From the NCBI GenBank assembly GCA_038108555.1, contig JAYNIA010000004.1, forward strand, positions 32,001-96,000: a DNA stretch of 64,000 nt, in the 5' to 3' direction. This DNA is from Nitrospinota bacterium (lineage in GTDB: Bacteria; Nitrospinota; Nitrospinia; Nitrospinales; VA-1). A program made the translations under genes and the position numbers. The notes under the pieces are model-generated. The model worked only from the letters and a program-made list of their open reading frames with translations, had not been told where the DNA came from and did not search any database. Each line of letters starts with the position of its first letter. Position 1 is the stretch's first letter. Below, piece after piece: positions 1 through 8,117 of this stretch.

Positions 1-1
1 C

Positions 2-274
2 GACATGGAATCTTCCAACGAGTTCAACAAAACCATGGAATGCTACCTGGAAGGAAACTTCACGCCGTTCATCATCAACTGCAAAGGGCTGGAATATATC
101 AACAGCACCGGATTGAGTGGACTGATTAGCCTTTCGCAAATGCTGGACCGGTTCCAACTGAAACTTTCACTGTGCGAACTGCAACCCGCAGTCATGGAGG
201 TGATCGAAATCGCAGGTATGAGCAACCACTTCAACATCTACCCCACCGAACAAGCTGCGCTCGAGAGTTTATAG
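2..274 (+). CDS. STAS-domain anti-sigma factor antagonist (probably 5'-truncated at window edge)
   Basis: Contains the STAS signature INCKGLEYINSTGLSGLI...VMEVIEIAGM...IYPTEQAAL; the frame is open to the window edge. Confidence 0.85.
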   Translation, partial: DMESSNEFNKTMECYLEGNFTPFIINCKGLEYINSTGLSGLISLSQMLDRFQLKLSLCELQPAVMEVIEIAGMSNHFNIYPTEQAALESL

Positions 275-292
275 AGTCAATAATTTTTTAGC

Positions 293-322
293 CACCGATG
301 CACACAGATTAACAGAGATAAA
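293..322 (+). repeat. Three degenerate 10-nt tandem units
   Basis: CACCGATGCA / CACAGATTAA / CAGAGATAAA. Confidence 0.55.
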
Positions 323-324
323 GT

Positions 325-354
325 CCCCCATGATAAGGGGGGATTAGGGGGGTT
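325..354 (-). repeat. REP-like poly-C/poly-G hairpin repeat (family A)
   Basis: CCCCCATGATAAGGGGGGATTAGGGGGGTT; related copies at 2853-2880, 3649-3677 and about 4627-4656. Confidence 0.65.
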
Positions 355-357
355 GCC

Positions 358-430
358 GTCATCGCGAGCCGCTGTGGTAGTTCCTCATTAATTTTCATGC
401 CCCAAAGGGGTAAAAGCGGCGTGGCGATCC
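358..430 (+). repeat. REP-like GTCATCGCGAGC...GCGTGGC element with a 39-bp mini-element (374-412) in its loop
   Basis: Arms GTCATCGCGAGCCGC and GCGGCGTGGCGATCC; an empty relative lies at 7938-7967 on the minus strand. Confidence 0.6.
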
Positions 431-469
431 AGAGAGGTTTGGTTTTCTTAATAGACGGGCCCCTGGGCC

Positions 470-1057
470 TTATCTCTTACTCCAAGTAAAGAAACCGGGA
501 TTATCGCAGGATGGACTCCCCGGTTTGATGGTGCTCGATTCCAAAGCACACCAGGTACCCCTGAGAGTCTTGCCGTCATTTTCTACTTTGTATTTCAACT
601 CTCCAACCCGAAAGGTGCCTTCCCACCACTCGCCGGAATATTCGCGACCGGAAGAATCGTTGGCTTCCAGTAATAACCGACCGACATCCTTTCCATAAGT
701 GTCATTGTAGGTGCCGGTGTACTCGTGACCCTGCTTTTCCAGTTTGATACCACCCCATCCCCTCCATGCTCCTTCGAGGTTGGGAACTTTTTTTTGAATA
801 TCGGCGGCATAAGTACGCGGAGGCTTTTTCGACTCAGCGGCAGGGGGAGCCTTCTTTGCCGGAGCCGCAGGCTCCTTTTTGATCGGCTGGGCAGATTCAT
901 TTTCTTCCCGGTACTCTTCGGGGATTTTTGAGGGATCGTTGGTGAAATGAGTCTTACCGTTTTCGTCCTTATACTTATAAATCTTCGCCGAAGCAGAGAT
1001 AGAAATTCCCAGCATAAAAACGCATACCAGGATCGCAGTTAAAACCAAACGGGCCAT
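470..1057 (-). CDS. Exported DUF4124-domain protein with Pro/Ala/Lys linker and C-terminal beta domain
   Basis: Signal peptide followed by KIYKYKDENGKTHFTNDP (DUF4124 pattern); ATG at 1057. Confidence 0.75.
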   Translation of the reverse strand: MARLVLTAILVCVFMLGISISASAKIYKYKDENGKTHFTNDPSKIPEEYREENESAQPIKKEPAAPAKKAPPAAESKKPPRTYAADIQKKVPNLEGAWRGWGGIKLEKQGHEYTGTYNDTYGKDVGRLLLEANDSSGREYSGEWWEGTFRVGELKYKVENDGKTLRGTWCALESSTIKPGSPSCDNPGFFTWSKR

Positions 1058-1133
1058 TTCAAATTTCTTCACCTCAATCAAAGAGCTCAAGATTTTTTCA
1101 ATACTAGTTTAAATTGAACCTAGTAAATATCTA

Positions 1134-1162
1134 TTGACAATGTCAAATCTAGATAACATAAT
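1134..1162 (+). promoter_or_regulatory. Sigma70-type promoter pointing into the 3' end of the DUF3800 gene
   Basis: TTGACA (1134-1139), 17-nt spacer, CATAAT (1157-1162). Confidence 0.7.
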
Positions 1163-1168
1163 TTTTAT

Positions 1169-1210
1169 ATGGGCTGGGAACTGCGTAGCGGGTCTTGGCC
1201 CTCTTCATTT
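1169..1210 (+). ncRNA. Candidate DUF3800-associated small hairpin RNA
   Basis: GGGCUGGGA/UCUUGGCCC stem plus inner CUGC-GUA-GCGG; G-U pairs favour the + strand; begins 7-9 nt after a -10 box. Confidence 0.55.
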
Positions 1211-1945
1211 TGGTAAAACCACCAAACCCGCCCCTTCCCATTTCCCGCGGTATCGATATAGTTTTGATTTTATTATGTCCCAATCTGTGTACATCTTTTT
1301 ACCCAGAACGAAACGTCCCATTGGAGAAACCAATAAATCAGCAATTTGCAACCCTGCAATATCCTTCTTTTTATCTCTTATATGTAATTCCATTTCAAGT
1401 TGGCCAATTTCTGAAGCAGACAAAAACGAAGTTCCGCTGACCTTGAGCTCTAGAAAAGCAATTTCCAGCATTCTATCTAATGTCGGATCGCGGCCTTCAG
1501 CGATGATATGCAACTTCCCTTTCCGGCCCATGGCAAAATACGCTCGCTCCACTAATATGTTTAATGACAAATGATAAGGATCTAACGCCGCCAAGCCATA
1601 CCTGTTTAAATGTTCATCCTTTAGTATCACACACCCAATTGCCAGATAATCTAAGTTTTGCATTGTCACGTTTAAAACTTCATAGACTTTCTCTCGAAAC
1701 TTAATTTTTTTCATCTCTTCAAAGCCGTTCCGATTTCTTGTCAAATCAGCGGTATGAATAATAATTTCTTCTGAACCAAACAAATCTTTTTTCATTCGGC
1801 TCCACTGCAATTTTGCAATCTGATAATTTGTTTTAGTGATTAAAGCACCGCCTAATACAAACAGAGGATATTGAGAATCTATCTTATCTAAGGAATGATC
1901 CCCCGATTCATCAAGAAATAGATATGCAATGTTTTTTTCACTCAT
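1205..1945 (-). CDS. DUF3800 domain protein (RNase H-like fold)
   Basis: N-terminal YLFLDESGD, C-terminal GLQIADL (QxxD), ends GAGLVVLPK. Confidence 0.85.
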   Translation of the reverse strand: MSEKNIAYLFLDESGDHSLDKIDSQYPLFVLGGALITKTNYQIAKLQWSRMKKDLFGSEEIIIHTADLTRNRNGFEEMKKIKFREKVYEVLNVTMQNLDYLAIGCVILKDEHLNRYGLAALDPYHLSLNILVERAYFAMGRKGKLHIIAEGRDPTLDRMLEIAFLELKVSGTSFLSASEIGQLEMELHIRDKKKDIAGLQIADLLVSPMGRFVLGKKMYTDWDIIKSKLYRYRGKWEGAGLVVLPK

Positions 1946-2008
1946 TATTTAGTCAACTAAATACACAATATTCATGTTGTTTCCAAAAAATATGGAAATA
2001 AAAGCTAT

Positions 2009-2761
2009 TTAATTTTTGTTCACTTTATTTTTTTGCATTTCTTCAACCAAACCAGAGGCAAGAATTCCAGCGGGCAAGGCAAATACTCCCAAGCCTAATA
2101 AAGCAATTAACGAACCAAAAAGCATTCCAATCTCAGTCACTGGATTCATTGCACCCACACCCAATCGAGTTGTTGCGCCAATGCTCCACCACATTGCGGC
2201 AGGAATGCTTGTGAAAACTTCTGGCTGCGCTTTATTTTCAATGAAATAAAGAACACTCGAAGCCATTACTAGAAGAATAATTGCTACTGTCAAAGTGATA
2301 ACCAACTCTTCTTTTTTATTTAGGAAAACTCTACCCAACAACTTCATGGATTGAGAATATTTTGCTAGCTTGATTAATCTGAAAACTCGAACCAAGCGCA
2401 ACACTCTTAAAAAACGCAAATCGAAAGGAATTAAAAATGGAAGGTAGAATGGCAATATAGCGATTAAATCTATAATTGCCATTGGTGTTAAAGCGAAATT
2501 GAACCTACTTTTATAATCCTCAAGTTGATCGCAGGTCCAGAGTCTTAAAATGTACTCAATACTAAAAACCAGTACAGAAAGATATTCAAAAATAGTGAAA
2601 AAGGCTTCAAAATTTTGACCGATCTCTTGAACTGTTTCCAAAATAACTGCTAAAACATTAAGGAAGATCAATACCATTAAACTGACATTGGTCGTTCTGC
2701 TAAATGAATCCTCAATGTGTTCGGGGTCTAATATCTGACCAATTCTTTCCTTCAGGCCCAT
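2009..2761 (-). CDS. Voltage-gated-type ion (K+) channel family protein
   Basis: Six TM segments, S4 RFLRVLRLVRVFRLIKL, pore helix FTSIPAAMWW; filter atypical (TTRLGVG). Confidence 0.8.
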   Translation of the reverse strand: MGLKERIGQILDPEHIEDSFSRTTNVSLMVLIFLNVLAVILETVQEIGQNFEAFFTIFEYLSVLVFSIEYILRLWTCDQLEDYKSRFNFALTPMAIIDLIAILPFYLPFLIPFDLRFLRVLRLVRVFRLIKLAKYSQSMKLLGRVFLNKKEELVITLTVAIILLVMASSVLYFIENKAQPEVFTSIPAAMWWSIGATTRLGVGAMNPVTEIGMLFGSLIALLGLGVFALPAGILASGLVEEMQKNKVNKN

Positions 2762-2852
2762 AAGCCTTCCTCAAAAATTTGGATGGCCTGATGCTAATTT
2801 AGAATGCCGAAATTGTCAATTTGCTTCTATTGCTAAAGGAAGAATGTAACTC

Positions 2853-2880
2853 AACCCCCTCATTCCCCCTTGTCAGGGGG
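2853..2880 (+). repeat. REP-like family A copy
   Basis: AACCCCCTCATTCCCCCTTGTCAGGGGG. Confidence 0.6.
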
Positions 2881-2908
2881 ATGTTTTTATATCACCCGCT
2901 GCCGTTTG

Positions 2909-2947
2909 TACCCGTGCCGGGCATGAATTCTTTGGTGGCAATATCAC
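2909..2947 (+). repeat. 39-bp mini-element copy 2
   Basis: TACCCGTGCCGGGCATGAATTCTTTGGTGGCAATATCAC. Confidence 0.65.
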
Positions 2948-2952
2948 AGCCG

Positions 2953-3384
2953 CTAATGGCGCAGACGTGGGTTCGCGTAGAATGCAACCAGATCTTTGAC
3001 CGAGATGATGCCTTCGATTTTGCCTTCGATCGTCACGGCGAGATGGCGGATTTTATGTTTCGCCATGAACTGGTTCGCATCGGTCACGGGCTCGTCTCCA
3101 TCTAAAGTGATTAAGGGACTGCTCATGACTTCGATCACCGGAGTGGTTTCGGGATCGAGTCCTTTCCCGATGACTTTTCTAGTGAGGTCCCTTTCGGTGA
3201 CGATGCCGATGAACTCGCCACCGTTTTTCACCAGCACCGAGCCAATGTTCCTTTCGGTCATCATCTGTGAGACTTCGCGGATGGTGGAATCGCGCGTGAC
3301 ACTCTGCACCGGGCTGGACATGAATTCTGCGATGGTTTCTTCTACCTTTTCCTGTTTGGCGAAATGATGTGTTTTATGTTTCAT
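2953..3384 (-). CDS. Tandem CBS-domain protein
   Basis: FMSSPV...GIVTERDL...VMSSPLIT...IRHLAV...GIISVKDL. Confidence 0.9.
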   Translation of the reverse strand: MKHKTHHFAKQEKVEETIAEFMSSPVQSVTRDSTIREVSQMMTERNIGSVLVKNGGEFIGIVTERDLTRKVIGKGLDPETTPVIEVMSSPLITLDGDEPVTDANQFMAKHKIRHLAVTIEGKIEGIISVKDLVAFYANPRLRH

Positions 3385-3500
3385 GGGAAGGCCTCCCTGA
3401 TATGAAGGAATAGAGATTTATTAAAACCTTCCCTAAAGATGGGCCCTTTTTCAGGATTTCGCTACTAAAATGAGGAAATTCAAAAACCTATCAAAAATCC

Positions 3501-3580
3501 AACCCTCCCCTCACCCCTCCCTATTACCCGTTCCGGGCACGAAAATTTAGGTGCAATAAATATCACGGAAGGGAGGGGAA
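3501..3580 (+). repeat. CCCCTCCCT/AGGGAGGGG hairpin repeat with mini-element copy 3 (3525-3566) in its loop
   Basis: Arms at 3514-3522 and 3570-3578 enclose TACCCGTTCCGGGCACGAA...ATATCAC. Confidence 0.65.
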
Positions 3581-3612
3581 TAAAAAAAATCAAGGGTGTA
3601 GGAGAGAATTCG

Positions 3613-3636
3613 TCCTTCGACATGCTCAGGATGACA
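3613..3636 (+). repeat. REP-like TCCTTCGA...CTCAGGRTGACA repeat
   Basis: TCCTTCGACATGCTCAGGATGACA; second copy TCCTTCGATTTCACTCAGGGTGACA at 5037-5061. Confidence 0.6.
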
Positions 3637-3714
3637 GGTGGCAAACGCAACCCCCCTCGCCCCCCTTCATAGGGGGGATTTTTTCTTTCACACCACCCGT
3701 GGCGGTTCCGCCAC

Positions 3715-4536
3715 TTAGGTGCCGAAGTCTTCGGGTTTGCAGTCGGATTTCACCACCTGGATATCGGTGATGGGGAAATGGTCTTTGCCTTTGTAACTGT
3801 GCACAAAAACTGCACCCATATCGAGAAAGGTGCGGATGCTCGTGTTGCTGCACATCTGTTTGGTGAGGGTGGGAACGATGCCGGCCTTGAACTTTGCAGG
3901 ATCGATCATGCTGGTCATGAAGTTGACCATGGTGTAGTGGTAGGTGAAGTTTTTACCTTCGACCGAAATTTTTTCGAGCTGCGTTTCAGTATCGACCTTA
4001 ATGGGAAGATTTTTGTTGGCTGCTTTAGCCAGGCTTTTGAGGAGAATCGATAACTTTTTCTCACTTATATGTTCGCAAAGGTTTTTGATTGGAGTTTCCA
4101 CAAACTCTTCGATGATTTGGAAAGGTCCATCGTCGTTTTTTTCAACCACCATATAGTACTTATCATCGGTAAAACATTTGAGCGTGGAGTAACGCGTTGC
4201 GCGGATGGTGGCCTTGTTGCCATCGATCACAATCGAAATTTTGCTGTAGTCGTTGGTGGCACCAGACTCTTTGATGATGGGCATCTGGTCAACGATCATC
4301 TCTTTGGCTTTTTTGCCGGTCATCTTCGTAGTCGATTCCATTCCATCCATATTCCTTAGAACAATTATTTTTGCATCATCGGAATACATGTCAGCCACGG
4401 CGAGGTCGTAGGCGTTGCTCATCGCTTCGTATTTTTTAAAGAAGTCGAGAAATTCTTTAGCAGTTGTGGAAGCCTGCGCTGAAAAGGGAAACAGAACAAT
4501 AAAAATGAGAGGGATGAATTTTAATTTCCAGCGCAT
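3715..4536 (-). CDS. Exported two-domain protein (NTF2/SnoaL-like plus pilotin/PA3611-like domain)
   Basis: ATG at 4536 with CAGGAG RBS; signal peptide; VADMYSDDAKI; C-terminal LPIKVDTET...TYHY...QMC...YKGKD. Confidence 0.55.
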   Translation of the reverse strand: MRWKLKFIPLIFIVLFPFSAQASTTAKEFLDFFKKYEAMSNAYDLAVADMYSDDAKIIVLRNMDGMESTTKMTGKKAKEMIVDQMPIIKESGATNDYSKISIVIDGNKATIRATRYSTLKCFTDDKYYMVVEKNDDGPFQIIEEFVETPIKNLCEHISEKKLSILLKSLAKAANKNLPIKVDTETQLEKISVEGKNFTYHYTMVNFMTSMIDPAKFKAGIVPTLTKQMCSNTSIRTFLDMGAVFVHSYKGKDHFPITDIQVVKSDCKPEDFGT

Positions 4537-4831
4537 GGGATTCTCCTGAAAAATTTTTTGGCAGGCCGATTCGAGGTTACACAGCCACTCCCCCAAAGTC
4601 AAACTGCCTTCGGCAGATTAAATTGCACCCTCCCCCCAACCTCTTATCAGGGGGATCATTTTCTATAAAAGAATTATTTTCAAATACTTCCGATAATCCG
4701 GAAAGCTTTTTAATTAAACCCGGTTTAACAACATTTTGTGATGAAACTGAAACAAAACCGAGGGGCAATCGAAATATTCATTTGCGATATTAAAAGGAAG
4801 AAAAGGAAAATTGTTCTTCGGGGAGAGAACG

Positions 4832-5017
4832 ATGAATACGAAAAAAAGGGTCCTGTCTTTTGATGACCTTGATGCAGACCAGTTGAAAGAACTGATCCAA
4901 TCCGGGTCCGATAAAAAGGCCCACAGGAAATCGAAAAAGAAAACGCAAAAGCTTCCACTGAAAGAAGAGAAACCTAAATCAGGACGGGAGTGGGAAATAC
5001 GGGAAGCTTTTTTATAA
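4832..5017 (+). CDS. Small Lys-rich hypothetical protein
   Basis: GGAG RBS before ATG 4832; 61 aa. Confidence 0.5.
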   Translation: MNTKKRVLSFDDLDADQLKELIQSGSDKKAHRKSKKKTQKLPLKEEKPKSGREWEIREAFL

Positions 5018-5085
5018 GGTTTGTATTAAATCGAGATCCTTCGATTTCACTCAGGGTGACAGTTTAAAACCATTAAAAAATATTG

Positions 5086-5148
5086 ATGCCCTGCAGGGAC
5101 ATTGGCAATTTTATTACTCCAGCCGATGCTCCCTGTGGGGCATTTTTT
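5086..5148. terminator. Long imperfect inverted repeat between convergent genes
   Basis: ATGCCCTGCAGGGACATTGGC ... GCCGATGCTCCCTGTGGGGCAT, with A-run upstream and T-run downstream. Confidence 0.6.
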
Positions 5149-7907
5149 TACACTTTCCAGTTTCTTTCTGCGCTCAACTTCAGCAATGCCGGTAGGAAGG
5201 TAATGCTCGCGACCAGGCAGCAGAGAACTCCTAGAGAAAGCACCAGCCCCAGACTAAACACACCGTAATGGTCGGCGACCATCATACTGCCGAATCCGAT
5301 GATGGTTGTGAGCGAACTGAGCACCACCGCCTGTCCGGTACTTTTACCGAGCACAACTTTGGTTTTGTCTTCCTCTTCTCGGTAACGGTGGGTGATGTGG
5401 ATTCCGTTCACCACGCCGATTCCCAGGATCAACGGCAGGATAACGAGGTTGGCCATATTCAGTTTCAGGTCGAAGATATCCATGATCCCCAGCGTCCAGA
5501 TGGAACCAACAAAAACCGGCAGCAGAATAAACAGAACCGTTCGCAAGTTTCTAAAGACAACGAAAACATAAATGATGATAGCGGTCATGGCGTAAAGGCC
5601 GCCGTTGATATAGCCCTCGGTCATCAGGCGGGTGGAGTTGAACATATGCACCGCACTTCCGGTGACGTTCGGGTCGACAGACTGCAGGTCTTTAAGATAG
5701 AGCTGGCGTTTTTCCAGGTTCCAGATATCGACACTGGGGTAAACGGTGATGAGGTATTTTCCCTGCTCGGAGATATAACGCTCACGCAAACTTTTGGGCA
5801 GTCCGGAGATTTCAACGAATTGCGGATCGGCGTTTTGTTTGAGTTCCTGCATCAGTTCGCGGTAATCGGCAAACAATTGCTGGGAAAACAATTCCAGTCG
5901 GGCTTCAGCTATATTCGGTTGGATCGATTCGTTCTCTTTGAAAAACCGGTCTACCAGTTTTGCGGCCTGCGCGACCTTATCTTCTTTTCCTTCTCTTCCC
6001 TGCAGTTTGAAACGGATACGTTTCAAGGTTTTGTTCAACCGTTTGAGTGAGAAGGGATCGTCTTCTTCCTCCACATAAATTTCACTGAGCATCGGCGCGA
6101 GATTTTCTTTCACATACTCTGCATTTTCTTTCTGGTTTTCAGGAATCATGGCTGCAATGCTTTCGACATTTTCCACTGTCGGCAGGGTTTCAAGTTTTGC
6201 CTCCTTGGCCCGTACTTCTTCTAACGAGTCGGCAAGGAAGGCTGCGGACCATGCCGAGCGTCCCGCGTTTTCGAGAATGCGCATTTCATAACGCACCGCT
6301 TCGGTTCCCTTGGCCTGCAGGTTCAGCAGGTTGTAGTCGAAAAAGTTTTTCCTGAGCGAAAAAGAAGCCAGCAAAACCAGCGCCGTGCAAACCACAATGA
6401 TGAGTTTGTAATGATTGAAAAATTTATCGAGCGTGCTGATTCTGGCTACAACCGGTGTTTCTTTGGATTTGGGGTAATCGGGTTTTCTTATTTTTTCTTC
6501 CAGCGTCACCAGGGCCGGTAGCAACAGGATCATCGCGATCATGCAAAAGAGGATTCCCCATCCCGCGATCCATCCCAATTCAACGATACCAATGAAGTCG
6601 GTGAGCACCATGGCACCAAACGCCATCGCGGTTGTTATGGCACCCGAAAAATTTCCCTTTCCGGTTCCATGCAGAGTTTTGTTCAGAGCCTCTAGAATAT
6701 CGCTTCCCGATTGCCGCTCTTCTTTGAAACGTTCAAGGATGTGAATACCGAAATCAATACCCAGACCGATGAGGATGGTGGTGAACACCACTGACAGGAT
6801 ATTCAAATGCCCAACGGTAACCGAAGTGAAACCCAGCGACCAGGCCAGCGCCACAAGCAGGCTGAACACGGCAAGCAGCGGTTTGACAATGCCTTTGAAC
6901 GCGATGATGAATAGCAGGGCGACTCCGATGAGCGCGATCTTTGAAGCCAGTTCCACATCTTTTTGGGTGGTGACCATTTCGTCGGTGGAGATGACGTCTT
7001 CTCCTGTCAGGCCGACTTCGATATCGGAGAAATCTTTTTTCACTTCGGCGATCAGGTCGCGTGCCGAATAGACAGAGTCCTTATAACCTGTGAAACTGGT
7101 TTCATCTTCATTGGGAACGGCAAGAATGAACAACAGTTTTTCGTTTTTGGAAGCCAGGTAGCCTTTCTCCCTCAGCGATTCTTCATCGTCATTGAAGAGG
7201 GATTGCCATGGCGAATTGTAATGATAATTTTTTTGAAGAGAGGCATTCATCTCTTCGAGAATGCGGATCAGCAGATTTAAATCATTCTCATCGTTTTTCT
7301 TTTCCTCTTCTTCATCATCTTCACCTAGAAACCCGGTCATCAACGAATCGACCATACCCGAACTGATTTCTGTATTGATCTGGTGGAGCAGGGGATTGAG
7401 TCCCGGCGACTCGTTGATGGATTCGATGAAATCCTGATGTTCTTCCAGTTTTTCCTGCAGACTTTTTAAATCTTCGGGGTCGAGATAGAGCAGGAACCGC
7501 GAGCGGAAGTAACTGGTATCGAATTTATAGATGACCTGCGAGAAAAGATCGGGATGGCCTTTCAGTTTAGCTGCGAGTGTTTCAACAAATTGAATTCTTC
7601 GCTGGGGTGTTCCCCCTTCGGCAACAATGACCATACCGTCGAGGTCTTTAAAATGTTTGCGGTATTCCTTGTAACGTTTAACGTAGGGGAGGCCTTTGGC
7701 CACCAGATCTCCGCGTCCGGTTTTGAAAGTGAGTTTTTCACCCGTGACCCAGACCGAGATAGCGGCAAGGGCCAGCGAAAGTACAACGACTAAGAGGGAA
7801 TTCCGGAACGCAAGACGTTCCACAAAATGGAAAATTTTCCCCAAAAAAGAGGGGCTATCTAATTCGGTATTTGACATGAAAGGAAGAAACGATGGATCTA
7901 CCCTCAC
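5148..7907 (-). CDS. hpnN: MMPL/RND transporter, HpnN-like (hopanoid-associated)
   Basis: 919 aa; two TM bundles with GLGIDFGIH and GIGVVNGIH; large periplasmic loops; shc in the same window. Confidence 0.75.
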   Translation of the reverse strand: MRVDPSFLPFMSNTELDSPSFLGKIFHFVERLAFRNSLLVVVLSLALAAISVWVTGEKLTFKTGRGDLVAKGLPYVKRYKEYRKHFKDLDGMVIVAEGGTPQRRIQFVETLAAKLKGHPDLFSQVIYKFDTSYFRSRFLLYLDPEDLKSLQEKLEEHQDFIESINESPGLNPLLHQINTEISSGMVDSLMTGFLGEDDEEEEKKNDENDLNLLIRILEEMNASLQKNYHYNSPWQSLFNDDEESLREKGYLASKNEKLLFILAVPNEDETSFTGYKDSVYSARDLIAEVKKDFSDIEVGLTGEDVISTDEMVTTQKDVELASKIALIGVALLFIIAFKGIVKPLLAVFSLLVALAWSLGFTSVTVGHLNILSVVFTTILIGLGIDFGIHILERFKEERQSGSDILEALNKTLHGTGKGNFSGAITTAMAFGAMVLTDFIGIVELGWIAGWGILFCMIAMILLLPALVTLEEKIRKPDYPKSKETPVVARISTLDKFFNHYKLIIVVCTALVLLASFSLRKNFFDYNLLNLQAKGTEAVRYEMRILENAGRSAWSAAFLADSLEEVRAKEAKLETLPTVENVESIAAMIPENQKENAEYVKENLAPMLSEIYVEEEDDPFSLKRLNKTLKRIRFKLQGREGKEDKVAQAAKLVDRFFKENESIQPNIAEARLELFSQQLFADYRELMQELKQNADPQFVEISGLPKSLRERYISEQGKYLITVYPSVDIWNLEKRQLYLKDLQSVDPNVTGSAVHMFNSTRLMTEGYINGGLYAMTAIIIYVFVVFRNLRTVLFILLPVFVGSIWTLGIMDIFDLKLNMANLVILPLILGIGVVNGIHITHRYREEEDKTKVVLGKSTGQAVVLSSLTTIIGFGSMMVADHYGVFSLGLVLSLGVLCCLVASITFLPALLKLSAERNWKV

Positions 7908-8117
7908 AGGGCACGAACATTAAGGATTGGTAATACGGCCACGCTCCTGTTAATCGCTCGCGATGACCGGCAAGAGAATTTATTGATGGGTTTTAATCCC
8001 CCTGCGGCGGTGCGCCGCCCTCTAACGAGGGTCGTAAATAGCCAACTTATAGTAAAAAGCCAACAGGTTCCGGTTACTTGACAGGTATTGCCCTATTCCC
8101 ACCGGGCGTGGCCCGGA

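Noticed and set aside
1134..1574. 146-aa + strand ORF antisense to DUF3800
   Set aside because: It starts at the TTG inside the -35 box, has no RBS and no recognisable domain; it is a shadow of the real gene.
286..5143. Intergenic repeats as a CRISPR array or integron attC sites
   Set aside because: No constant repeat-spacer period and no cas or intI gene; I could not find RYYYAAC...GTTRRRY boundaries.
5268..6050. Long antisense ORFs (260 aa here; also 31630-32238 and 29574-30092)
   Set aside because: They lie opposite well-supported genes and show no motifs; codon-bias shadows.
7975..8040. Possible riboswitch or ncRNA upstream of the HpnN-like gene
   Set aside because: Only short GC hairpins plus one REP copy; no family features recognised.
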